A stretch of DNA of 64,000 nt. Source: Candidatus Cloacimonadales bacterium. GTDB taxonomy: Bacteria; Cloacimonadota; Cloacimonadia; Cloacimonadales; JAIOQZ01. Shown in pieces: positions 30,787 to 40,353 of this stretch (position 1 is the stretch's first letter; every line of letters begins with the position of its first letter). A program made the translations under genes and the position numbers. The notes below the pieces were generated by a model that saw only the letters and a list, made by a program, of their open reading frames with translations, made no database searches and was not told where the DNA came from. The DNA lies in contig OY771587.1 in assembly GCA_963674825.1 (NCBI GenBank), positions 2,304,001 through 2,368,000 of the forward strand, in the 5' to 3' direction.

Positions 30787-32991
30787 CTACAATCCTCGAT
30801 TCAGCCCCGAGTGCATGTAGAAGCCGTTTCGGAGCGGAAACTCGAAGTTTCGCATCGGTTGAAAGCGATCGAAGAAGGAACGGTTATCGGAGATGGTTTC
30901 GATATTCGCGCTATCGGACAGCCCGGAGCGGTGACGCGCGTAGCGAATGGCGTCTTCGAGGCCGCCGATCTCATCCGCGAGACCGCGCATCAGTAGCTCA
31001 TTACCTATCATCAATTCACCCTGCCCCAGTCGGTTCACCTCGATCATGGGAATATCCCGCGATGAGGAGATGCGCGTCAGCAATTGCCTGTAATAGACGC
31101 TGGTCATGTCCTGATAATTGCTGTCTGTTCCTCTATTTACGTTGAGTGTTTCTCCATTGATCTTCAGCTTGTTGAACAATCCGTCTGCGTCGAACCGGTA
31201 GGCGGTTGTTCCGAATCCACCGGAGATGGTGAAGTTGTCAGCAAACACCCGTTCTGCCGGAAGCGCCAAGTAGTACGCGCCCGATGTGCATATTCCGCTA
31301 CACGATACGATTACCGGCTTTCTACGGTTGAGCTCGCGGATGCGATTCCAGAGCGCTGTAACCGCCGCGACGTCGCCACCGCCGCTATCGATACGGATTA
31401 CAATAGCTTTGTAACGTCCGTTTTCAGCGCGGTCGAGCTCATCCATAATGGAATCAAGTCCAGCGATTTTTCCACCGAAAGCAGGGAGTGGGAGCAGGCA
31501 GTCGCGATCGTCGCCAGGGAGGATATTTCCTTCGATGGATATCAGTGCGATGCGCGATTCTTCAGACCAGTTATGCCGGTGCTTTGGCAGGTTCTTCAGG
31601 CCGGCAAGTTGCGGTTCAGGGAAGGGCTTGGATGGCTTGAGGAATCTTCGTGCGGAAGCGATGTAGCCCTCTTCGTCGATCAGCCCTGCTTCAAGCGCCT
31701 GGCTGGCGGTCATGGGAGCTGGAAGTTCTGAGGGAGATTTCTGCAATCCACGCGCTTCCATGAGTGTTTGGATGACGGTGGACATGGTCTCGGACCGCAG
31801 TCGCAAGAGCTGGGCTCTCGCCTCGGCGGAAAGCGAAGCTTCCGTAAGTGGTTCGTCGCCGAAGTTCTGATCACCCATCTGCCAGGTCTGGACGTCAATG
31901 TTCAACTCACTAAGGAGTCCGCCGAAAGAGAGAACGGTTTGTCCAGGATCGGAAAGATCGACGCAGGCGGCCGGAGAGACTACGATGTAATCTGCCGCTG
32001 AAGCGAGATAGAGGCTCTTGAGGTCGGCGTAATCGAGATAGCAGGCAACCTTGCCGTACTGACGGAATCGGGTAATTTCGGTGCGTATTTCATCGATCTG
32101 CGCAAAGGTCGCGTCCGGTTGCTGGATGTGCAGCAGAAGATTGGTGATCTTGGGATCCTTTGCTGCGTTGCGGATTTGACGCAGGATATCGATATCGCTG
32201 TTGGTTTTGTGGAAGAAGCTGTTGTCATCTGAATCGGCGAGCTTACCCTTGATTTCAATAGTCTGCATACGGCTTCCGGGCGTGAAGACGCTCTGTTGGT
32301 CGAATGCCGACCATGTGACTATTTGTCGTGAGCCATAGCGTATATCTTCTTTTCCGCTGGCAAGATAGCCAACGCTGAGGTGGTCGAGCCCGACGCGCAG
32401 CATGATCTGCCAGTGCTCGTCTTTATCGTAGTTGCCGTCGATCTCGATGCCGTTGAAGGGACGCAGGATTGCGCCGAGGAAGTAGTGGTCGCGATCGTAT
32501 TGCTCGTCGGTGTAGTTCCAGAAGATTTCTTGTTCGGCGTAGAGGGTGAGGTAGTCCCTGTACGGTCGAACCGCCATGCCGAGATGCATGTCCGGCTTTT
32601 CGTGGGTGAGGTCGAAGACCGTGCAGCCCAGCGAGACCTGATTGAATGGTCTGTAAAGCATACCGAAGTCCATTTCGCTTTGATCCTTGCGACTGTAAAG
32701 CAAGCCGGTGTGCAGGTTTCGCAATGGTGAGAAGCTGCCGCCAATATAGTAGCGTTCGTGTTCGAAATCGTAGGTGTATCCGAAGTACTTCGGAAAGCGC
32801 AGGGTGAGGCGCTGCTCGATGTTGTCTTCGTAATCGAACAGGTAGGATACGCCGCAGTCGGGATCGCCGGTGAGGAAGGCCGGGTTCTGGATCCAGGAAT
32901 TCATGCCTGTGGAGACGGCGTTGGAGTAGTTAAGCGCGAAAAATGCTGTGGAAAGCAGCAGCAGACCGATAATCATCCATGATTTGAGCAT
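30787..32991 (-). CDS. SppA (S49)-like protein fused to an N-terminal beta-barrel-like domain; catalytic residues degenerate
   Basis: Signal peptide; NPAFL barrel-like N-terminus; two S49 domains (YLASAAD, IRIDSGGG, KPVIVS, TSGAYY, GLADEIGGLEDAI). Confidence 0.8.
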   Translation of the reverse strand: MLKSWMIIGLLLLSTAFFALNYSNAVSTGMNSWIQNPAFLTGDPDCGVSYLFDYEDNIEQRLTLRFPKYFGYTYDFEHERYYIGGSFSPLRNLHTGLLYSRKDQSEMDFGMLYRPFNQVSLGCTVFDLTHEKPDMHLGMAVRPYRDYLTLYAEQEIFWNYTDEQYDRDHYFLGAILRPFNGIEIDGNYDKDEHWQIMLRVGLDHLSVGYLASGKEDIRYGSRQIVTWSAFDQQSVFTPGSRMQTIEIKGKLADSDDNSFFHKTNSDIDILRQIRNAAKDPKITNLLLHIQQPDATFAQIDEIRTEITRFRQYGKVACYLDYADLKSLYLASAADYIVVSPAACVDLSDPGQTVLSFGGLLSELNIDVQTWQMGDQNFGDEPLTEASLSAEARAQLLRLRSETMSTVIQTLMEARGLQKSPSELPAPMTASQALEAGLIDEEGYIASARRFLKPSKPFPEPQLAGLKNLPKHRHNWSEESRIALISIEGNILPGDDRDCLLPLPAFGGKIAGLDSIMDELDRAENGRYKAIVIRIDSGGGDVAAVTALWNRIRELNRRKPVIVSCSGICTSGAYYLALPAERVFADNFTISGGFGTTAYRFDADGLFNKLKINGETLNVNRGTDSNYQDMTSVYYRQLLTRISSSRDIPMIEVNRLGQGELMIGNELLMRGLADEIGGLEDAIRYARHRSGLSDSANIETISDNRSFFDRFQPMRNFEFPLRNGFYMHSGLNRGL

Positions 32992-33076
32992 ACAGACCTC
33001 ATATGGTTTATGATATGTTCATTTTACCGAAGTGGCACCTTGGGTGTCAAGCGATCCTTCGTACACACAATATCTA

Positions 33077-34279
33077 TTACAGCAATATCAGCGCGGCAAC
33101 GAAAGTCGCGACCAGCACAATCACGCCAGGCAGCCAGATGCGTTCCAGGAATCTCCGCAAGTTGGTTCCGAAAAACTCAAGGGTCACCAGGATGCAGGGA
33201 TGGAGCGGTGAGATCACATACCCCATGAAAATCGAAATGTACATCAGTGTGAAGGGGATGTATCCAATTTCGCCGAATTTGGCGTAGTACAATGGCAGGA
33301 GGATCGACATCCCGAGTTGGGTTCTTGCGGTGATGAAGCCGACCAGCGCTGCGATAGGTACAACCAGCACAGCCGGCGAAACATCGAATCCAGCGATGAT
33401 ATCGGGCATGCCAGATGCTTTGAACGTGTTCAGAAACATGAAGATCGCCAGCATCAGCAGGTAGAAGTTCCAGGGTTTCATCTTGCGAACGGACTTCCAG
33501 AAGTCGGGTCGCGGAAGCCGGCCAACAAGGATCGCCAGCAGCAGACTCAAGCTCACGCCGATCAACAGGAAAAGCTCGCTCATCAAGGACGGAAACAGAT
33601 GGCTGAACGTGAATTGGACCACCGGAGCAGTAATGATGATACCAATTGGAACCAGCAGCTTCATGATCTGGCGTTGTCCCTGGATCTCGAGCTTACCTTT
33701 GACGTTGCGCAGCAGAAAGATATATCCAAGTATCGTGATTAGCAGGAAACCGGGAATCAGGTAGAGCATCGCGGTGAACATATTGATGGGTGTCTCTTGC
33801 AGCGAGCTGACCATTTTGGTAGTGGGAAGCAGTGCTGCCAGAGGGTAGATAAAAGTCAGCACATGGCGGAACCAGACGTTGATTACCGCATAATCGCGAT
33901 CGCTGATATCGTCACCAGCGCGGAAGACCAACGGCGCAGATAGGAGCGCTCCCCCAGGTACGGGAAGCAGTCCGAGAAATGCCGGGGCTGCCATCAGATA
34001 GGCGTCGCGCCGCATGTTGAGGTTGCTGACCATTCCCGTCAGCATACCGGATGCTTGCAGAACACCGCCGATAATTGGGATGATGCCCACCGAAACGGCG
34101 AGGAACTGCAGCGATGGGTCGCCGACTGTCTTCACCGCGAGATGGTAGAACTCAAGGGGCTTGAGCAGAATGAAGCCGATCACTGCACAGGCTGAAAGGA
34201 GCGCGATCCAGAGGCTTCGCTTTGCCAGCGCGAATAGGACGATGAGTGCGATCGCTAGTGTAATCCACTTGATCAGCAT
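33077..34279 (-). CDS. DUF401-like integral membrane protein
   Basis: GLLPVPGGALLSAP, NVWFRH, GYVISPLHPC. Confidence 0.8.
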   Translation of the reverse strand: MLIKWITLAIALIVLFALAKRSLWIALLSACAVIGFILLKPLEFYHLAVKTVGDPSLQFLAVSVGIIPIIGGVLQASGMLTGMVSNLNMRRDAYLMAAPAFLGLLPVPGGALLSAPLVFRAGDDISDRDYAVINVWFRHVLTFIYPLAALLPTTKMVSSLQETPINMFTAMLYLIPGFLLITILGYIFLLRNVKGKLEIQGQRQIMKLLVPIGIIITAPVVQFTFSHLFPSLMSELFLLIGVSLSLLLAILVGRLPRPDFWKSVRKMKPWNFYLLMLAIFMFLNTFKASGMPDIIAGFDVSPAVLVVPIAALVGFITARTQLGMSILLPLYYAKFGEIGYIPFTLMYISIFMGYVISPLHPCILVTLEFFGTNLRRFLERIWLPGVIVLVATFVAALILL

Positions 34280-34674
34280 TCTGAAGCTCCCAGCACACAT
34301 TTACGGTTGCGCGGACCGTCGAATTCACAGAACCACACGCCTTGCCATGTACCCAGCACGGGTTCACCAGACTTGATCAGGATCTGTTGCGTACAGCCGA
34401 ACAAGCTGCTTTTGATGTGCGCGTCGGAATTGCCTTCCATGTGCCGGAATCCGCTTTTTTGCGGGATGAGCTTGCCGAGGAAAGAGAGGATATCCCGCGG
34501 GACATCGGGATCGGCGTTCTCGTTGATGGTGACCGCAGCGGTAGTGTGTGGGACGTGGATGGTTAGAATTCCGTCCTCGATTCCGGTATCGTGGATGAAC
34601 GATCGCACTTCGTTGCTGATATCGATCATCTGGCTTCTCTGGGCGGTCTGCACCGTTATCGTTTTATATTGCAT
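34273..34674 (-). CDS. yjbQ: YjbQ/UPF0047 family protein
   Basis: PHTTAAVTINENADPDV, HMEGNSDAHIKSSL, LGTWQG, EFDGPR. Confidence 0.92.
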   Translation of the reverse strand: MQYKTITVQTAQRSQMIDISNEVRSFIHDTGIEDGILTIHVPHTTAAVTINENADPDVPRDILSFLGKLIPQKSGFRHMEGNSDAHIKSSLFGCTQQILIKSGEPVLGTWQGVWFCEFDGPRNRKCVLGASEC

Positions 34675-34818
34675 CGTATTCTCCTTAATCTGTGAAAGGC
34701 TGTGGTAGGGGTATCTGCTGTCAATACTTTTCAAAGACGTCCGGTGCATTGAAGATAATCCATGAAAAACATTGACATGAATTATATTCAGTTATAGGGT
34801 CATTATTGGAGGTGTGCT

Positions 34819-35256
34819 ATGAAGATAACAAGCATGTTCAAAGACAATCCGAGGCCTGTAATCACCATTAACCCCAATGCAACAGCTAAAGATGCATTGA
34901 AGCTCTTGAACGAGTATCGTATCGGAGCGCTGATGGTCGTGCGAGGAAGCGATGTCGTCGGGATCATGACAGAACGAGATATATTGAAGAACATCCATAA
35001 GATGCAGTGTTTCAAAGAAGATACGCTCGTTGAAGAGATCATGACACCGAAGGGGACGTTTGTTCAGGGAAAGGCATCCAACGATCTACAGGCTGTGATG
35101 CAGATCATGACCGACAAGAAGGTGCGTCATCTGCCGATTTTCGATGGTGATGAGATGATCGGGCTGGTGTCGATCGGTGATGTGATCAAAGCACTTCTGG
35201 ACGCCGCGAAAGACGAGAATCAACTTCTGAAGGAGTATATTTCCGGGGCTTATTGA
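34819..35256 (+). CDS. Tandem CBS-domain protein
   Basis: IGALMV, GIMTERD, RHLPI, GLVSIGDV; TTGACA-17-TAGGGT upstream at 34772. Confidence 0.92.
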   Translation: MKITSMFKDNPRPVITINPNATAKDALKLLNEYRIGALMVVRGSDVVGIMTERDILKNIHKMQCFKEDTLVEEIMTPKGTFVQGKASNDLQAVMQIMTDKKVRHLPIFDGDEMIGLVSIGDVIKALLDAAKDENQLLKEYISGAY

Positions 35257-36372
35257 TCAGAAGGCTTCTTTGACGTTGAAGTAAAAGCCGGTTTTCATCT
35301 CGGTGTGATCGTTATTGTCGAAACGATCGCTACTATTGTTGATGCTGATATCGAGCCGCAGGTTCAGGTTTTCTTGTTCGTCCCAGGCATAGCGGAATCC
35401 GATGCCGCCAGCCGTCTTGAGATCGCCGGTGGTGAATTTGTCCAACTGGTTCGAGACGTCTCCAACACCACCGAAAAGGACGCCGCCGACGCGCCAATAG
35501 AGGGGGAAGCGGTATTCCGTCTGAAGCATCATGGCGTTGTGGTCACGGTAACGGCCTTCGTAGAAACCGCGCATCGTGTCGTAATCGCAGAGCTCCGCCA
35601 ATTCCTGGAAGGGCGCATCGCCATCCGAGAAGAGATAGACGTATTGCAGCGCGAGAATGTGCCGGGGAAAAATGCTGTAATAGGCCCTGGCATCGCACTT
35701 CGTGCGGGTGTAGGTGTAGTCGCTACCCCAGGATTCGTTGTAGTGGATCGATTCAAGCTGAATGAAGAAGCCGTTTGTGGGATAGATCACCGCGTCGCGC
35801 ACATCGTAGATTGCTCGCAGGCCGAATCCATGTGTCAGGAACGATTCGCTGCCTGGCAGATTAGCGCTATTCAGTGCGCCATTCTTCTCGATATCGCTCA
35901 GCTCGGATCGAAGCAGCCTGTAGCATGGTCCTAGAGATAATCCACCTACGAGGTTCATTTGCAAGCCGAGTTCGAGTTCCCCGCTGTTACTGGTGTAGTC
36001 TTCTTCTTGAGTGATTTTTGTGTCGTTACCAATTCCGCAAAACTGATTCGGGTATTTCAGCAGCGTTATTTCTGTGAGAGTGAGTAAACTTGGACTGATG
36101 TAGTGCTCGGACGAGATATTGAACTTGATCTGGTCCTTGAGTGTATAAAGACCTACCGCGCTGTAATAATTCAAAGGATCGGCTAAACCCTCACGGTTCA
36201 ACTCATAAGCACGCTGGTAATGCACCAGATATGCCCCGAACCCCCAATCCGTTTCCGGTGAAAGCATGATTACAGGCAAGATCGCAGTTCCCGATTTCGG
36301 TTCCTTTTCTTCGCAGAAGGCTGAGAATACAGACATCAGTAACAGTGCTGCAATTGCGAATCTTCGAATCAT
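35257..36372 (-). CDS. Omp85/BamA-TamA-family barrel without POTRA domains
   Basis: SPETDWGFG, YDVRDAVIYPTNG, MRGFYEGRYRD, EYRFP, GIGFRY, C-terminal EAF. Confidence 0.85.
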   Translation of the reverse strand: MIRRFAIAALLLMSVFSAFCEEKEPKSGTAILPVIMLSPETDWGFGAYLVHYQRAYELNREGLADPLNYYSAVGLYTLKDQIKFNISSEHYISPSLLTLTEITLLKYPNQFCGIGNDTKITQEEDYTSNSGELELGLQMNLVGGLSLGPCYRLLRSELSDIEKNGALNSANLPGSESFLTHGFGLRAIYDVRDAVIYPTNGFFIQLESIHYNESWGSDYTYTRTKCDARAYYSIFPRHILALQYVYLFSDGDAPFQELAELCDYDTMRGFYEGRYRDHNAMMLQTEYRFPLYWRVGGVLFGGVGDVSNQLDKFTTGDLKTAGGIGFRYAWDEQENLNLRLDISINNSSDRFDNNDHTEMKTGFYFNVKEAF

Positions 36373-36373
36373 A

Positions 36374-37555
36374 TCAGAAAGCCTCCATCAGTGCGACATA
36401 AATGCCGTAATAAGTATCGTCGTCGCTGTCGACCCCGGGGATACGGCGGATGTTGTTGATGGCGAAATCGCAGCGCAGATTGAGGTTGCTGGTTTTCTCC
36501 AGCCGATAGCGCAGGCCGATACCGGCAGCGGCTTTCAGCCTTCGAATGTTCAACTCTTGCAGTTCGCTGGAAACATCGCCCACAGCGCCGAACAGCGCTC
36601 CGCCGAAAGAACGATAGATTGGGAACCGGTATTCCATTTGGGCCGCGAGGTAGTTTCGGTCGCGGAAGCGGCTCTGATGGAATCCTCGTAGCATCTCGAG
36701 TCCGCCCAGCTTGTAGAGCTGCAAGAACGGGACGTCGCCACCGCTATTTTCCATGATAAGCTGCATGGCGATGATGTGTTTGTCTGTGAGCGAAACATAT
36801 TTGCGCAGGTCGATGCTGGACTGGATAAACTTGAAGTCGCTACCCAGCATGCTGTGATAGCCGGTAACGCTCCAGGATAGTTTGTGCCCTTTTGTGGCGA
36901 AATAGATGTTGTCACGGGTATCCCAGTCGGTTGAGAAGCCGAGCCCGGATATCTTGTAGCTTTCGGAGCCGTCGATGATTCCCGACTCAAGAATGCCGCC
37001 ATCATCACGTTCGCGGATATCTGACGAGAAGAAGTGATAGGCAGGGCCAAACGCCCAGTCGTGGGTGATTTTGCGCATGATCGCGATTCTGCCGCCGTAT
37101 TGCAGTGACAGGAAGTTTTCTTCGTCTTCGGAACGGGTCGCGTTACCGATACCGTAGAACGATTCCGGGAAATACTTGCCTTGGACGAGTAATTTCAGGC
37201 GGGTTTTGGGTTGAATATCGCCATCGAACTGTGCCATGACGATCGCTTGCTTCTCCTGGGTCCCGAACCCGGTGAAGGTGAAATTGTCCATCACCTGGTG
37301 GTCGCGCTCCTTGAAATAAACGACCGACGCGCCCAGTCCGGTACCGGATTCCGGGGTGTAGAAAGCAATGGGAACGAATACGAAGCCCTGTTCCTTTTTC
37401 TTCACCGGCTTCTTCTCCGGTAGCGGTTCGAGGTTCAGGATTTCTCGGATTTTGCGTACCGATTCGCGTTCCTTTTCCTCATCCGACTCCTGAGCGAGCA
37501 GAAACTGGAAGGTGAGAAGCAGTATGATTGCGATACTCAAGTATTTGATTTTCAT
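36374..37555 (-). CDS. Omp85/BamA-TamA-family barrel without POTRA domains (paralog)
   Basis: YTPESG, WDTRDN, LRGFHQSRFRD, EYRFP, GIGLRY, C-terminal EAF. Confidence 0.85.
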   Translation of the reverse strand: MKIKYLSIAIILLLTFQFLLAQESDEEKERESVRKIREILNLEPLPEKKPVKKKEQGFVFVPIAFYTPESGTGLGASVVYFKERDHQVMDNFTFTGFGTQEKQAIVMAQFDGDIQPKTRLKLLVQGKYFPESFYGIGNATRSEDEENFLSLQYGGRIAIMRKITHDWAFGPAYHFFSSDIRERDDGGILESGIIDGSESYKISGLGFSTDWDTRDNIYFATKGHKLSWSVTGYHSMLGSDFKFIQSSIDLRKYVSLTDKHIIAMQLIMENSGGDVPFLQLYKLGGLEMLRGFHQSRFRDRNYLAAQMEYRFPIYRSFGGALFGAVGDVSSELQELNIRRLKAAAGIGLRYRLEKTSNLNLRCDFAINNIRRIPGVDSDDDTYYGIYVALMEAF

Positions 37556-37632
37556 TCTGGAATCGTGATAGATAGTCGGGTCAGGATGTCAAGAGATTGT
37601 TATCCTTCTATCGGAATGTCGGTTTGCGAATG

Positions 37633-38337
37633 TTACTTCATCTCGAAAACAGCGCTGACCGTCACCTTGATGCTCTTCTTGCGGGTGCCTGTGCTGTACA
37701 TCCCGTAATCGGAGACTTCCGTTGAGTAGGGCTCTGTAATCTGGAAGATTCCGGAGCGTGCGGAGGACATCTTGGACAGCTTGCGTCCGCTGAGCGAAAC
37801 AATCTTCTCCGCTCGTTCTCGTGCATCCTGCGTAGCTTCGGCGAGGAGCGATTTTTTGATTTCGCCCAACTCGGTGGAAAAGTATTCGAGGTCGGAAAAT
37901 TCAACACTCACACCCTGATCCAAGAGGGCTCTGGAATCGATGGAAAGCTTTTCGATTGGGTCAATGGTACGGCTTGTGACAGTTATGCGTTGCTGGAATG
38001 TGTATCCGATTATCTCGCCGCCCATGCCGTAATTGTTCTGCGTGTTGACCGGATGAACGATCATATCTTCCACATCGAGATTGAGCTTGTCCCAGGCCTT
38101 GCGGAAATTCTCGAGCTTGCGTCCTATTGTGCGATGACCTTCTTCGGGTTTGTCCAGACTGGAGTTTGCCGTCAGTGAAAACGACCATTTGACCAGATCG
38201 GCTTCATAGTCGCGTACTGCATATCCTACGACGCGAACGGTGTCCGCCTGCTGTCTCGAAGCCATGAAAAAGATACCGAACGCGATTGCCGCAACAATGA
38301 TGCAGATTCCTAATATCCATGCCCATTTGCTATTCAT
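37633..38337 (-). CDS. SIMPL (DUF541) domain protein
   Basis: N-terminal TM; VRVVG, EATQDARERAE, ARSGIFQIT. Confidence 0.85.
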   Translation of the reverse strand: MNSKWAWILGICIIVAAIAFGIFFMASRQQADTVRVVGYAVRDYEADLVKWSFSLTANSSLDKPEEGHRTIGRKLENFRKAWDKLNLDVEDMIVHPVNTQNNYGMGGEIIGYTFQQRITVTSRTIDPIEKLSIDSRALLDQGVSVEFSDLEYFSTELGEIKKSLLAEATQDARERAEKIVSLSGRKLSKMSSARSGIFQITEPYSTEVSDYGMYSTGTRKKSIKVTVSAVFEMK

Positions 38338-38424
38338 CGAGAGACTCCTATAGTACTTTTTCAATTGATTCAATGCGTTGTTCGACTCGTGTCAATCATT
38401 TTCTGTAAGATAGCAGATTATTCA

Positions 38425-40353
38425 CTACTTCCTTACGATGACAATGGTCTGAACCGTCTCGGAAAGAGAGCGTTCGGAGAAGCAATGGAAGGTGTAGACG
38501 CCATCGGCGATGGGCGAACCATCCTGTGCGATGCCATTCCAGTACTCGGTTGTCTTGCCCGAGTCGTACCACGATTCGTTCTTGACCATGAGGTTCTCTT
38601 GCAGGTCGAGAAGGCGCCAGCTCAGGTGATCTGAGGTTTCCAGATCGAAATCGAGCCGTATTTCCCCCTTGTCGGGGTAGATATAGACTTCCACGGGCAG
38701 CTTGCCGGAAGATAGTTCTGAGAGTGTGACATCGCTCTGGCGATCGTCGGCTGTCATGATACGGTAATAATACTGATTCCCGATCGCGACGTCCTCATCA
38801 ACCCAAAAATCGGTGGAATCCACGATGATATGTTCAAGCTCGAAAAGTTCCATGCCCGACCATCCTCCATGCGGGATTTCCTTGCGGTAGATGGAGATGG
38901 GACTCCATTCATCCATCAGCCAGTGCAGCACGATTTCTTTGTGATTGCCGTACGCTTTGAGCGGGATAACTTCTTCATCAATCGAGTCATCGAAGGTATC
39001 TAAAAACGCAAATCGCACCATTCTGACACGATTGTCGTCGTCCAGCGAAAGATCGGGCTGACTCTGCGTGACGCCGTCTTTCTGCGCGCGAAGTGTATAG
39101 GTGCCGTTTTGCAGCCCGGTGAAGAGGAAGAAGCCGTTGGCATCGGTCTGGGTTATCGCGCCGGTTGGACGCAACAGAATCTCCGCCTCGTTTTGCGGAT
39201 TGCCCTCGGCATCTTTTACATATCCGAAGATAATACCCTGATCCTGTACCGGTTGCGCGGTAGAGACTTTCTTCTGGAAACGGGCATCTCTGATTTCATC
39301 CAGGTAGCCGTTTTCTTTCATGCCGGTGTAGTAGAAGAGTCCGACTCCGGCAAAATGCCGGTCACGAACCGATTTGATCTTACTGCAAATTCGTTTCACG
39401 GAATACGAACCGCGGTCGATCCATGCACGCAAACCGCAGACAATGCGATCATTCTGATCATAAACTGCTAGGTTGTCGAGCTGCTGCTCAAGATCGCTAT
39501 CGGAAGGTGTGTAGGCCATCAGATAGACGTAGTCGATGGTTTGATTTTCGATCCATTCCATCCAGTTCTGTCCATGCTCGCTGCGTGCGGAGCGGATATC
39601 GGGCTTGACCGAGGCAGTCACAGCAATACGGGGGTCAATAGACTTAACTTCTGCGTAAACGCGCGACACCAGGCGCGATACCTGTCGCTGACGCCAGTAG
39701 AGCCAGGCGGTTTCAGTGGTGACTTTGGTCTCCAGTTCGTATTGCTGCATCGCAAGAGGATTGTAGCCGAGCTTGAATTCAGGATAACGGATGTAATCGA
39801 GGTGAATGCCGTCGATCTGGTAATTCATGGCTACGTCGAGGATAACGTTGGTGAGGTAATCCTGCACTTCGGGAATGCCGGGATCTAAGAACGCGCCTTC
39901 ATGCTCGGTCATACGCATCTTGCGACCGTGATTATTGACCGTGATCCATTCCGGGTGCTCGTAGTAAACGTTTCCCGGCCTCATATTGGTCTCTTCGTGT
40001 GGCGTGACCACGTACACGGTGAACCAGGCGTGCACTTCAATATTGTGCTTCTGCGCCTGCTCGATCAGGTATTGAAGTGGATCGAATCCGCTCTTCTCGA
40101 TGAGGTAACATATCGGCTCGGGATTGGGGAAATCGTCGTTTGTGCGGTTGGGAATATACATGGCATCGCCGCGATAGCGAACTTCGGCGATGATCTGATT
40201 GAAGTTGCTGCGATAGGAATCTTTCACCAGTTCGTCGATCTTCTCGGGTGTGTCGATATCCCACACGGGTGCCCATACGGCGCGAACTTCAGCGCTGACA
40301 GCACTACAGAGAATCAACAACGACAGGAGACTCAGCAAGAAAAACCGATTCAC
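38425..40353 (-). CDS. GHL10/DUF187 (YddW/DigH-like) glycoside hydrolase with accessory domains and FlgD-Ig-like C-terminus
   Basis: EVRAVW, FDPL, EVHAWF, LDPGIPEV, DGIHLDYIRYP; C-terminal WNG...DGVY. Confidence 0.85.
   Translation of the reverse strand: MNRFFLLSLLSLLILCSAVSAEVRAVWAPVWDIDTPEKIDELVKDSYRSNFNQIIAEVRYRGDAMYIPNRTNDDFPNPEPICYLIEKSGFDPLQYLIEQAQKHNIEVHAWFTVYVVTPHEETNMRPGNVYYEHPEWITVNNHGRKMRMTEHEGAFLDPGIPEVQDYLTNVILDVAMNYQIDGIHLDYIRYPEFKLGYNPLAMQQYELETKVTTETAWLYWRQRQVSRLVSRVYAEVKSIDPRIAVTASVKPDIRSARSEHGQNWMEWIENQTIDYVYLMAYTPSDSDLEQQLDNLAVYDQNDRIVCGLRAWIDRGSYSVKRICSKIKSVRDRHFAGVGLFYYTGMKENGYLDEIRDARFQKKVSTAQPVQDQGIIFGYVKDAEGNPQNEAEILLRPTGAITQTDANGFFLFTGLQNGTYTLRAQKDGVTQSQPDLSLDDDNRVRMVRFAFLDTFDDSIDEEVIPLKAYGNHKEIVLHWLMDEWSPISIYRKEIPHGGWSGMELFELEHIIVDSTDFWVDEDVAIGNQYYYRIMTADDRQSDVTLSELSSGKLPVEVYIYPDKGEIRLDFDLETSDHLSWRLLDLQENLMVKNESWYDSGKTTEYWNGIAQDGSPIADGVYTFHCFSERSLSETVQTIVIVRK

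Noticed and set aside
33033..33050. TGGCAC as a second sigma54 promoter
   Set aside because: No TTGC at the required spacing.
34273..34320. Atypical yjbQ C-terminus suggesting a frameshift fusion with the DUF401 gene
   Set aside because: Length is normal and the downstream gene has its own ATG with a short overlap; no slippery site is evident.
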